From the human T2T-CHM13v2.0 reference genome, Homo sapiens: DNA of 64,000 nucleotides. Below, in pieces: positions 43,141 to 55,318 of the stretch. The notes beneath the pieces are model-generated. The model was not told where the DNA came from and did no database searches. It saw nothing but the letters and a program-made list of their open reading frames with translations. How positions within the stretch are numbered: the first letter of the stretch is position 1; each line of letters opens with the position of its first letter. The stretch lies in NCBI RefSeq assembly GCF_009914755.1, contig NC_060930.1. The stretch is one strand, 5' to 3'. The position numbers were made by a program, and so were the translations under genes.

Positions 43141-43466
43141 ACAAAGCAGATACACAAATTCTAAAATATGTACAAATTACTGCTAAAAAATGCTTATAAG
43201 AATATAAGCAAAGTAAAGAAAAGGCACAAACATCTGTACAATTTTAAAAGTACCAGACCCAATAGGTTAATTTCAAATTTTGTTTTGGTCAGGCTCATGA
43301 TGACTTGTTAATTTACCTAATTCTTTTGATATAACAAAAGTATATATAATAGCAAACTACTGTAACTTAGGACAGGCATGCTATAAACTGGATTACCTCC
43401 ATTTCTAGAAAAACAAAAACAAAAAAATGGGAAAATGTGGAAATGAAAGTCTCCATGCATCATAGA

Positions 43467-44291
43467 TCAATGTAGCTGACTCTTTTCTGATGAAGGATCT
43501 TTGCTTTCCTCTGTGCTTGAAGATAATTCCTTGCTGCTGTGAAAGTCCAACTGCTTGTCATCCACACAACTCTTGCTGTAAAACGTGGAGTGAGCTAATG
43601 GAGTCTGTGATGTACCAAAATTGTCCTTTTCACCATCATGCAAGTCAGGGTGGGTGGCTGAGGTACAGGGCTGACCTGGCTCAGGTCTACTAAAGTGTCT
43701 AATGCTAACATGTGCACTTCCCAGGGGGTTCTGGTGGGGCTCCTGCACCCGCGCTGGCTGATCTGGCCCGAGCAGAGCTGCCTCTTCCGTGGCAATCCGG
43801 AGAGAGGCAATGGCTTTTGTACAAGTCTGTATATTTTCCTCCTGTTCCCGCTCTGTTGCGTTTAGGCTGTCTTCCGAAGTGCTCTGTTTCATCAACAGCC
43901 GAGGAGAGGAGGGAGTGCTAGGCGGACCAGATGACTGCAAAGCGTGAGGACCTCGCTTCTCATGCTGCTTAGAAAGCACATAGGGGTCCTTGGAGAAGGA
44001 CTCCCCTGACGCGCCTTTCTTCTCCTCAAAGCCCTCCATTGGCAGGGGCAATGTGGGTGAAGGATGTAAACTGGAAAGGGCTGGCGGCATGGAGTGAACC
44101 ATCTGGATCCCACCAACGGGCACCATGGGGATAGGGGCTCGCACTTGTTGCTGAGAGTGGAGTGGAAGATGACTGAAGACATAGTCATTAGGACCCTCAG
44201 GGAAAAGGCTGGAGCCTGGATGTTCATAAGCACCTTCTTGGTCTCCATAGAGACTGAAGTAAGGAACCTGAGGTAATCCTCTTCTTAAATT
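43467..44291 (-). CDS. HIVEP2: HIVEP2 terminal coding exon (NLRRGLPQ...SEKSQLH*)
   Basis: Polypyrimidine tract and gcgcag|AAT acceptor, phase 0 matching the upstream exon. TGA at 43469-43467. Confidence 0.95.
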
Positions 44292-46422
44292 CTGCGCAGA
44301 GAAACAAAGAGAGCACAAAATTCAGAGCCTGCTACGCTTCATTCTTAGGTCAAGCTGTTGGATTCATTCACTCACCCATTCACACATTCACTACCTAGAG
44401 AGGCTTCAATACCTAATTCTTTGATCAAGTTTTCCTATTTCAAGACAAAAGAGATTTCTCTGTTGTCTTTTATAATCCTTGAATAAAGGTGTCGGCCTGT
44501 GAAAAGTTGCTTTTGTTTTTAAACAGCAAGGTGATAAAGCAGTCAGGGTGTTTTCCATTGGGTACAGAGACACATTTCAGCTCTGTTTTTTTCACAAGAG
44601 ATAATGAAAAGAAATTAATGGATAATTGGCAAAAAAAAAAAGTTTACTGAGCAAAAAACACTAATAAACATTAATAATATTTTTTTTTAATTCAAAAGGA
44701 AATAAAAAGATTACCATCTGTTGCTATACTGGACAGATTTTTAATATTTTTCTTAAGTGTTGATGAGTATATAATTGGAATGACAAGTCTGAAAATTGGC
44801 TTTTTTAAAAAGTTTTCCACAGAACAGATGACAAAACGGTGGTGAGGATCCACAAACTGGTTCCTCCAATGTGTAAGACATTGGTCTAAAGGAATGCATT
44901 CCTGCTAAGAGATACTCAATGCAGAAGGCCAGCTTCTCCATCCAATAACAAACCAAGTCCATTTAAGTCTTACATCAATAATAATTTTTTAAAGGAAACT
45001 ATCCATCATAGAAGTAGTTAACATTATTTCAGACAGTTAACAACTTATATTCAACTCTATACTGTGAACCAAAGATGACTGCATCTTAATTCTTTTGTTT
45101 ATATTATCATTTCCACCTCAATATCTTCTTGGCAATCAATGAATTAAGGATGCTTAAAATGTTCAGCCAGAATTTCAGATTTCATAGTCCTAGTCCTGAA
45201 AATGGAGAATTTATTTTCTATACTGTTTCTGTAGTGAAATACAACTTAGATTGTCAGATTATCAGGTTTTAATATTATCATATTTTAATTACTGTGATTC
45301 ATTCTTTAATGGATTGTCATCTAAAAAGGACTTCATTTATTTTTCTATTTTTTGAGAACCAAAGATAGATAGATAGATATAAACCCATACAGTATGGTAG
45401 TAGTCCAGGATAGAGCCAAAGAAACTGTTCTATTTCAAGAGTTTCAGTTCTAAAACTCAAGGTATGCTCTGTAGCATTAAAGATTCATCCAGTTCTATCT
45501 AGATTATGATTTCTGCTACTCTCTAAGATGCTTAGCCCTTACCCTTCTCTGTGATATATCATATGCAAGCTGGAAACATGGATTCTCCTGAAAGTGTGAG
45601 TGAAACGGTGCAATCATTAACACTATCGTTACCACGACCTCATAAGCTGGGAAAGGTGGGAATTTTACGGTATGAGAATCATTTAAATTCTGCACATAGA
45701 CAAAATCCCCCTTGTATTTAATCAGGTTTGGAAAAGGCACGTCTCCTTCATCAAACACCAGTTTGGGAGGAAGACCTGTAATGCCTACAGTAACGATCTT
45801 TGAAGATAATCAAGTACGTTTTCTTTTAATCACAGCAATCACAGATTCAAAGTTTAAAATAAAACCGAGCTTGGTTATTTTTCTGTTTTACTCCTGGCTG
45901 CTATTCCATGACCTCCATTGCATACAACCAGTCAGAATGTGGATCTGTGGGGAAACCAAGGAAGTGGAACAGAAGTCAGAGAGAGAGAGAGATGTCCTAT
46001 TACGTAAACTGACTTGAGATCCCCAAATCCAGGCTGACAAATGGAGTCATGAATTGTCCTCTAAAACTACAATAATACTCAGCATGTTCTAAATCCAATA
46101 AAATCTTATTAGTGCTACTAATGAAAGTTTCAAATTCAGCCCTTCACTGATTTTAACCACAGAGCTACGTGTACAAGTAGAATTTCTACCATGTGGCCAC
46201 TTCCACTGCTCCAAGCCCCACCAGGCATTTCTACACATCCTCTCTCCTCTCATTCACCCCTTCTTCATCCTCCAAAGAAACTCCCAATAAGTTTTCTCTA
46301 CTTTGGTTTTTACTCCATTTGCAATCCTATTGTTTTGTAATTTGGGCCTTATAAATGTGGTGGACAAACTTCCATCTTACTTAAATCTCAGTAAGAAAAT
46401 TTTGTCGTGGAAAAACAAATAG

Positions 46423-47156
46423 TGAATTCAAATGTAGATTATGTTAAGTGCATATATATGTATAGACACATATACACATATGTACAAATGTACATACACA
46501 GATATCTATATATACATCTATACGCCATGTACCAGATCTATTACCCTACGCATCTCTTCAACAGTATGGCAGTAGGGACCTCTAGATGCAAATGATGAGA
46601 GGGAGGTAGAAGAGCAAGAGCCTCCTTGGGGGCAGCAGGGAGCAGAGAAGGAGAAGTGACCCATTTGTGCTCAGTCACTGGCTGGGGCTGCAGGGAGAGC
46701 ATGGCTTTGGCTTCAAAACAGTCCTGTCCTGAAGGTGCTGACATGCCAGCAGGAGGCTTGTCTGCCCACTACATTCCTTACAGCTGAATGGCACGTTCTT
46801 TCAGGAACAAAAATCTGCATGGGCCACCTCCCTGGCTGCCAGAAACAAATTAAAAAACTGTGGTCAAGAGGTTAAGTGACTCGCCCAAGATCACACAGAT
46901 AACAAGGGATAGGAATGAATGTTGACTGTTTCCCTAGACACAATCTTCATCTACACTACATACTGAGGGCCTGGACACACCTTTGTTTCTCTTCCTGCTA
47001 CCTATCTACAAAAGCTTTAAAATGGAAAAGGAAATTTATTTATCAAAAAAAAAAGATAAGGCCACAGCCATAATATTATTTCATCCTCAACCTCGAACCA
47101 TGCGTAGTAGACCCTCAAAAATTCAGTAGATACTGAATAAATGGATAAAAGATACC

Positions 47157-47201
<45 letters not shown>

Positions 47202-47438
47202 CGTCCATCCATCTGTCTTAAAATTAAAACTAACAGGGGCACTGGAGCACTTCTACCTCCTTCTCATCATTTGTGTCTAGAGCTCCTTACTGCCACACTG
47301 TTGAAGAGATGAGTGGGGTAATAGAACTGGTATATAGATGTATATATAGATGTCTGTGTAGGTACATTTGTACATATGTGTATATGTGTGCACACATATA
47401 TATGCACATACACTTAACACAATCTGCATTTGAATTCA
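46423..47438. repeat. Inverted repeat, arms 46423-46615 and 47247-47438
   Basis: Manual alignment shows about 17 substitutions and two indels over ~185 aligned bp. Confidence 0.92.
47158..47214. repeat. (TATC)n / GATA tetranucleotide STR
   Basis: About 11 TATC units followed by degenerate CATC units. Confidence 0.95.
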
Positions 47439-47738
47439 TTCATTTCTTCCAAACCTGTGTTGGCTATGATCACCATTACTCCAAACGCAGGCAGAATATG
47501 ACTGGGCTGTAAGGTCCCTTCACACCACAGTCAGTGTCCTGTGGTGTGAGAAAGCATAAAGTGGGCAGTGCTTGGGACGAACTGTCCCTACATCAGGGAG
47601 GATTCCCAGATCTGTTCCCTCATACCATGTGAACAATGCAGCAGGCTATACATCCTCTAAAGAGAATTAAACTGGGTAACAGGCCAAAAGCATCATAAAT
47701 GATAAAGTTTAATAACACTATGAAATATAACCATGATC

Positions 47739-48030
47739 AGCCAGGTGCGATGGCTCACACCTGTAATCCCAGCACTTTGGGAGGCCGAGGCAGGCGGATC
47801 ATGAGGTCAAGAAATCGAGACCATCCTGGCCAACATGGTGAAACCATGTTTCTACTAAAAATACAAAAATTAGCTGGGTGTAGTGGCACGTGCCTATAGG
47901 CCCAGCTGCTTGGGAGGCTGAAGCAGAGAATTGCTTGAACCCAGGAGGTGGAGGTTGCAGTAAGCCAAGGTCGTGCCACTGCACTCCAGCCTGGCGACAG
48001 AGCGAGACTCCATCTCAAAATAATAATAAT
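47739..48030 (+). mobile_element. AluSc-like, intronic, antisense to HIVEP2
   Basis: gaggtcaagaaatcgagaccatcctggccaac. TSD ccatgatcag. Confidence 0.93.
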
Positions 48031-49379
48031 ACCCATGATCAGATATTTAAAAAAAAATGAAACAAAACAAAAACACATCAAAAAAACTTGTACAAACTCA
48101 GTGACTACTAAAACTCATCTCTCTCTAACTTTCTGGGCATGTATCTAAAAATCAGATGAACTCCCTTAGTCCACTCTTCCAATTCCTTTGCCTAACTTGA
48201 CTGTGGGTTGCTATAAATTTTTACAACCACAGCATGTTTGCGATAAAGGCTTACTTTTTCTGACTGAAGAATCGCATGTTTGCAGTTGACTGAACATGCA
48301 CCACTGTTTCACAAATGCCACACTCTCAATCCACCTGGCCAATGCTAGAACACAAGCTGCAGGGATGGCAGGGAGAGGCTCATCTAACACACTCTGCCAG
48401 CATCACTGCGTGTATACCAGAGAAAGCATGTGTCATCCCAGACTTGGTATCCCATGATCCAGGAGATTTACAGTTCTCTATTCATGCTGCAATGGCATAA
48501 ACTGCAGAAGATCCCTCTTTCCTACTTTTGCTAAGGCACCAAAACCTGTGGAAATGTATCTCTTTTTCTTATTAGCTTGCTAATTTGTTAGCTTGGTAAA
48601 CAACATCCCAATTGCTATATATGTTTCTGCAGGAATTGCTTCATCAAGATGAAGTTGGTACCAGACTTGTGAAAAGATGGTGCTGGGGATGGGGACAGGA
48701 ATGCAGCAGCTTTCCTAAAGTGAAAAAATGACAGGCTGAGCTCAGGATTCAGGGTGGTGGAAGGTGATGAGAGGGAGAAAATTGGCTGCCAGGGCAGTGA
48801 TAAAACAGAGCTGGGAGCTGGCAGTGTCTCCTCTGGCTGTGAAGGATGGTGCTGATGCACTTGACACAGAGATCCGGAGCAAGGGAGTACAACAAAGAGT
48901 AGAAACCAGGAAATCAAAACACATTCAAGGCAGACAGATTCCAAAGGTATCATGCCTCTGTCTATGCTAAGTGCATGCTTTATTCATTTTTTAAAATCCT
49001 ACACAAACTGAAAGAGACATCACAGTCTACTGAGCCGTGGAATTAGGCAGGACAGGTGCTTTTATATGAATTTGTATTAAACCTACTGCTTAAATGTAAT
49101 CCATGGTGGTTACTGTTATCTTCACTTATAATGAAGGCATATCATAGAAATCTCTGCACATTCTCACTTAGCTCTCCTGATTTCCCGTTCTCCTTGGGCC
49201 CACGCTTCCACTGAGCAAGTGCACTTGATAGTAGTAATGGCAAGAAAAGCAGACAGGCTCACGTCTTTGATTTATAAACATGCCGAGTGTGTCATTCTCT
49301 CCTCTCCCTGGCCCTGACCAGTTTCACATGTCCCCTCATGATGGGCAAGGTAGAGTTTATTAAAAAAAGGAGTTTTTGA

Positions 49380-49710
<331 letters not shown>

Positions 49711-50131
49711 TCAAGGTTAACAGCTGAATCAGAATCCTTACCTGGTGATGAGTTATATAAGTGATGCCTAAATGTCCCTGTGAGTGTATGTCCATGCAGT
49801 CATGGCATTCTAAAGGTTCATCTTTTTTACTTACAAAAAGGCTTCAGCTTACGTCTATCATTAGTTAAGTTTAGAAAGCCTTCAGAAAGGCCTCACCTGT
49901 TCCCACTGGGAATGCACTGCTGCTCTGATGCAATACTACACTTTAGGTAATGCCACAGCCATGTTACTGACAATAGCATATGACAAAAATGTCTCCCCGC
50001 TATTTTCATTAGCCAGATTCACTCCACCCATGACAGATACCCATGTTCTACTAAACTTCACACCAGTGCATTATCAGGAGGACCAATGTGCTTCCACTTA
50101 TGTATTAGAAAGAAAAGTGGATTATACTTAC

Positions 50132-51027
50132 AGGAGGCCCCAATACAATTGGCTCTGCTTGCAAATACTGTCCCATGGACAATGGTGGGTTATGGTATAA
50201 AGCCCTTCTGGGAGATGGCGCTCTTATTGTGGTCATGTATCTTCTCTCTCTTCTAGGAGAGAGGTCTCTTCTTGCTGTGATATCTTTCCCAGGAGACACT
50301 GGCCTCCTTGGAGACAAATGCCTTCTTGGTGAAACATCTCTTTGGGACATCTCTCTTCTCAATGCAGCTTCCTTTCTTGGTGAAAGATGTCTCATGGGTG
50401 ACAGATCTCTCCTAGGTGATAAATGTCTCCTGGGAGATAAATCTCCTTTGGGTATCAGATACCTCTTTGGTGAATTATCTCGACAGGGTGAAGAATCATA
50501 TCCTGGAGAGGAATGGTGGCTTGAGGGTGAGAAGTCCCTGGGAGAGGAGCTTGGCTCTGAAGGTAGCATGCACTCCTCATCCATACAACTAGGTATGTCC
50601 AATCTGTCTTTGTCTGGTTCTGAGTCCGTACTTTTGCTCTGGAATAGCCTCTGGTATTCTGTCATCTGGGTATCTTCACATGAATCACTGGGTGTCATAA
50701 GCTGAGTAACTCGAATACTTGGCAAAGTAACCAAATAGCTGATCAACGAAGAATGTCCCAGGGAACTATCTGAAGGAACCCCGTGGGGTACGGCGCCAAC
50801 ATTCACAGGCAAGGAGGAGAATCTAGGAGGCTGAGGACTGGTGCTTCTTGATCTTGTTTTTGGTGTTAAATCTCCCTGGTCGTCAAAGTCATCTTCATCT
50901 TCATCATCATCATCATTATCATCTCCATCCTCACCATCTGATTCCTCAGCATCGGAGAACTGATGATCAGTTGAAATGCTGGACATGCTATGCTTCTCTG
51001 CTGCTTTGTGCAAATCTTCCAAATTTT
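50132..51027 (-). CDS. HIVEP2: HIVEP2 896-nt exon, acidic tract plus SPx(R/K) repeats
   Basis: Acceptor ttgtttcag|AA, donor CCT|gtaagt. Encodes the D/E tract [20 protein letters not shown] and the SPRR repeats typical of the ZAS region. Confidence 0.96.
50204..50491 (-). repeat. HIVEP2: Coding tandem repeat, ~18-nt period, encoding S-P-x-R/K units
   Basis: [54 protein letters not shown]. Confidence 0.9.
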
Positions 51028-51823
51028 CTGAAACAATTAAACAAAGATAATGGAGATCAAGATCCAAATGTCAAGGTTAGGATCTTATTTAAGCCTCATT
51101 TCTTTCTAAACGCTTTTCCCAATCCCTAGTGCCCACAGATAGTTATGTCTGAGAACTCCTATAAAATGAGGCACTTACCTGTGTGACCCTGCGTTCATTC
51201 TATCTTCTTGTATATCTATTTGTTTTCATCCCCAACTTACAAGAAAGATTCCATAGTAGGACTTTATATCTCAGACATCATCCCACTCACAGAAAACCCT
51301 CAACAAATGAGCATGGATAATGTTAATTATGATGCTAGAGGAGAAAGAAAGGCAACAACCTGTCTCTGCAAGCTCAGGTACAAACGTATGTCTAAGTGAT
51401 GTATCTCAGGAGGTCTGGCCAACCTTAATGATGTTTGTTTGCTAGTTTATTTGTTTTCCTACTGGGTTTCTTCTTAACTTGAATAATAATACATTAAAAT
51501 GCTTTTCAAATTCCCCAAAAAGCCTCATAAAATCTAATTTGCTATCACAAAGCAAGTGCAATTCTATTCCCTTCATAGAAGGCTCTAAATATAAGTATTT
51601 TCAAAGTAAGGCCTTTTTTGCCCTCGGAGTCAAAACTGAAATGCATTTCTTCTCAGTAGATTTCAAGCAATTCAATGTGTCAGTTTTATTTTCTATATTT
51701 AGTATTTAATAAAATGAAAAGTGATCACTTTTTAAAAATATCTAAACTTATTTTACTACCTCAGCCACAGAGCTCCACTGTGCATAATGAAGAGGTCTGT
51801 CAACTCATTTATGACATACACAC

Positions 51824-51925
51824 CTGCTTCCTCAGTTTCTGTATCATCCACCGATGTCATTGAGACTCCCAATTCCAGGCATTTTTTCATGTGTGCTTTA
51901 GATTTCATATGCTTCGTTAGGTTTC
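51824..51925 (-). CDS. HIVEP2: HIVEP2 102-nt exon, end of second zinc finger
   Basis: Encodes [34 protein letters not shown]. Acceptor ttttcaag|GA, donor GCAG|gtgtgt. Confidence 0.95.
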
Positions 51926-52812
51926 CTTGAAAATGTAGCAAAAAAAAGAGAGAAATTAATTGGTTATCAAATTAATAACTGCTGATAGCTGCTCCAAATT
52001 CAATGTGAAATGAACTAATTTTATTAAATTCATCATGTAACACAGATTTGTTTCTACCCACTACCCCTTGTTTCAACCTTAAGAAGAATAATCTGGTCTT
52101 TGAAGATATCAATCCCTGAGAGCTTTGGCCCAATCTCAGATATTCTTTATTCTAGAAGATATGTGGAAGTCCAGGCTCACATCTTTTCAAGAGTAGGCTC
52201 AAAGCAAGACTAGAAATCCCAGGCTTTTCTGCCTGAGAAGGGACCTCATATCTACCCAAATACACCAGCCTCCTGGGACTCCACAGAAACAGGAAACGCA
52301 ATCTGGCCACACACCTCAGAGATACTTCAGAATGAAATATTCTCAACACACCCACTGGGCCCCTGACCTTCTGTGACTGATCAGGTACAGAGTAACCTCC
52401 AAGGATCTTCACCATTCAGAAGAAAAATACATACAAACTAATGTGAGGGCCAACCTTGTCAGTGCTCTGAAAGATCCATACAAATAATTAGCTAACTACT
52501 CATAGGGAGCATTATTCCCAGTATTTAGCATCTATCTGTCTGGCATATGTTAGCAAAAGTTATGACAGCAATTCCTAAAATTCTGGAGCAGCAACATTCC
52601 CTCTTTACTTATCTTCAGGCTCCTATCACACTAACAAAAAAGAAAGGTTTCATGCTGAATATGTTATAATGATAATGGCATATACAATTATATGTGTATA
52701 TGCATGTGTGGATATAAATTATATATATAATTTGTATAACTGCTTTATGAAATGTGAGAAATTTTGAAAACATTGTTCCAATCCTCGTTGACCCAGGATC
52801 TACAGAAGAATG

Positions 52813-52845
52813 CACACACACACACACACACACACACATACATAT
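52813..52845. repeat. (CA)n microsatellite
   Basis: Run of about 13 CA units. Confidence 0.9.
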
Positions 52846-55142
52846 AAATTATATGCCATATAACTTATCAAAAGAGATTCAGGAACTAATTCAGTTGTAA
52901 GGCGCCTTTACATCACTTCAGTGAAAATAGCCATAATGTTATCTGTGCCCTTGACAACGCTTTAGCAATGTACCAACAAATACTTTAAGAGAAGGCTCTG
53001 TGAAATCTCCGTGGAAACTCAGCCTGCTAGCACAGTTTATTCCTCTGGTAGGGGTGTTCAGCTTGCTGTTCATGTAATATATGAGCCACAGTTAAAACTG
53101 GGACACTGTTGTTTATTATTTTACTCATATTGCTTTATTATTTACTTATTGCTTATATACTTATAAATTTTACATGCTGTTTTGGATAATTCCAAACAGA
53201 AATATTTCCAGGCCCCCACTCCTCCTATTTATCAAAACTTATATCTACCATTTTTTAAAGAGCCCAAAAATGTTATAGACATATCAAGAATGCTTAAATC
53301 TAGAAAATTAATGAAATGTATCTACAAATTAATAAAAATCATCACTTGTGCCAGAGTGCAAGTACGCTATGGATGTGTATAGGTATAGATGCTAAGCATA
53401 TCGGGATAGTTTATTTAGATTTTAGTATGTGTTTCTTTCTCCTACATTTTTCTCTCCATTCCAAGGATAGTCAGGCTTTAGACTCCCATCTTCAGAATAG
53501 GTCTGTAGCTAGAAATCTGGATCTGAAACAATTCTACCATGGCTTTAGTTTGTTAAAGTCATGAGCTGCAGAAGTAATGTATAAGGACAAGGAGAGGGAA
53601 GGAGAGTGGCGGGGGAGGCCCCTGAAGAAGTGGCACAGACAAGGAGAAGGGATTGGTCATGCAAGGGCGTTCCATCTGTGCTCAGACGACAATGTGGGTT
53701 TGGACAACAGGCATTTCAGTCGGAGGTGAAAACTGGCAGGGTTTCCCAGGATGTTTTGCTCATTTTAAGATTCTGAGACATTTGCACATTCCCAAAGGGT
53801 GACAAGGAAACTCCAATAATGACCAAGAATAAATTATTTCCTTCAGGAGATGATGATTCAGAGGCAGACTTAATTTGATTTTTAAAAATATCTAGAGATG
53901 TGTCATTTCTTCATCCAGTTTTTCACACAACTATACCTGCAGCAAACTCATATGCCCAGTGAAGATATGTATCATTCGTAATGACTATTGAATTGCAATA
54001 TTCCCTGAAACCAAAGTTTTTATTTTCTTATCTCCTAGGGAATCTCTTAGTAAAGTTCTGTATAAAAGGCTTGATTGTGCAGAGGTGAGTGGTATTTAAA
54101 AGGCCATATGATTATTTTTTGAGACACAAATGAACACATACTTTTTTCAGCTTCAAATGAGGCAATTCTATTACATAGATCTTTTTAATAAAAGAGAAAC
54201 AGATATGTTGAGAGGCTACCCATTTACACTTCTAGCAATTTAGGATTTTCAGCTATAAAAGAATATAGGTATACATTTCTCTACCAAAGATAATTTTACT
54301 TGGTATTTCTTTTTCTTGAATGAGCAGATTAATCAATATGAAAATTTAAAGTGTTGAGGGGGTGCCTATAGTATCCACTAAACCTAAGGTAAAACACACT
54401 TCTGCAAAAGTCGAACAACCTCTAATTCACTACTGTTTGTATTCTGAGACTACCAGACTTATGAACATTTTCATAATATTATAAAAAATAAAAATATAAC
54501 CGAAGCAACTTCCTTGAGTAAAATATTTTTACATAAATCTACCTGTTAAAAACAGATTTTAAAAAAAAATTTTAAGGCAAGTCCTAGTTTTATAAGACTA
54601 ACAGTTATGTACTGAGAATCAGAAATTGTCTCTGTGCTGATAAAAACAGGGAACACAAGCTATCAAATTTCTATGCATAATTAATGCAACTGTGGATGAA
54701 GGCACCCACCTGGGAGTGTGTGGGTCTCTACATTATTTATAATCTTGAAACTGACCAAGAGCACATGTTTTCTTCCCAGCTGCTGCCTTGCTTCTCTAAT
54801 ACCACTGCATGTGCAGGATTTCAATACTGGTGTAAATATTATCTAGACCACATAACATTTCCAACATGAAGTAATAGCTATCCAGACAATTTGTAGCCAC
54901 TTCCTTTGGAGACAACTGGCCTGGACCTATGTCTACTGCTCTTAATTAAGTCATAAAAGGAGCCTCACAGTCTCACATACATCCTTTGATCACTTACTTG
55001 AGGGAGAAAATATATTTCGTGGAATCATATTTTCACAAACAAACTATCTTTATTGTTGATGAAGGTTAGTTATAAAATAGCACTCAGAAATCTAAGTAGC
55101 CATAGAGAAGTATTTTTCCTCTCAAAAAAATCAGACTTGTAC

Positions 55143-55318
55143 CTTTCGTTTTGAAGGCAAAGTTACATAACTTGCATACATAAGGCCGAACATCAGTATG
55201 GGTACGGATGTGTTTTTTGAGCATGCTTGGCTTCTTACAGCGAATCCCACATTCTTCACAAATGTACTTTCCCCGGCCACGTCCTCTGACATATACATAA
55301 TCTTCATTCGATTTGTAC
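55143..55318 (-). CDS. HIVEP2: HIVEP2 176-nt exon, C-terminal C2H2 zinc-finger pair (finger 1 and start of finger 2)
   Basis: Encodes [58 protein letters not shown]. Acceptor aaaacag|G, donor AAG|gtac. Confidence 0.96.

Larger units (their letters stand above)
41825..43466 (-). other. HIVEP2: HIVEP2 3' UTR (~1.6 kb; 3' end approximate)
   Basis: Repeat-free AU-rich sequence after the stop codon with many UGUA motifs. Ends at an AATAAA followed by GU/U-rich sequence. Confidence 0.8.

Noticed and set aside
50175-50705. 176-aa plus-strand ORF with LLGD/ER repeats
   Set aside because: It is the antisense reading of the SPRR repeat, not an independent leucine-repeat protein.
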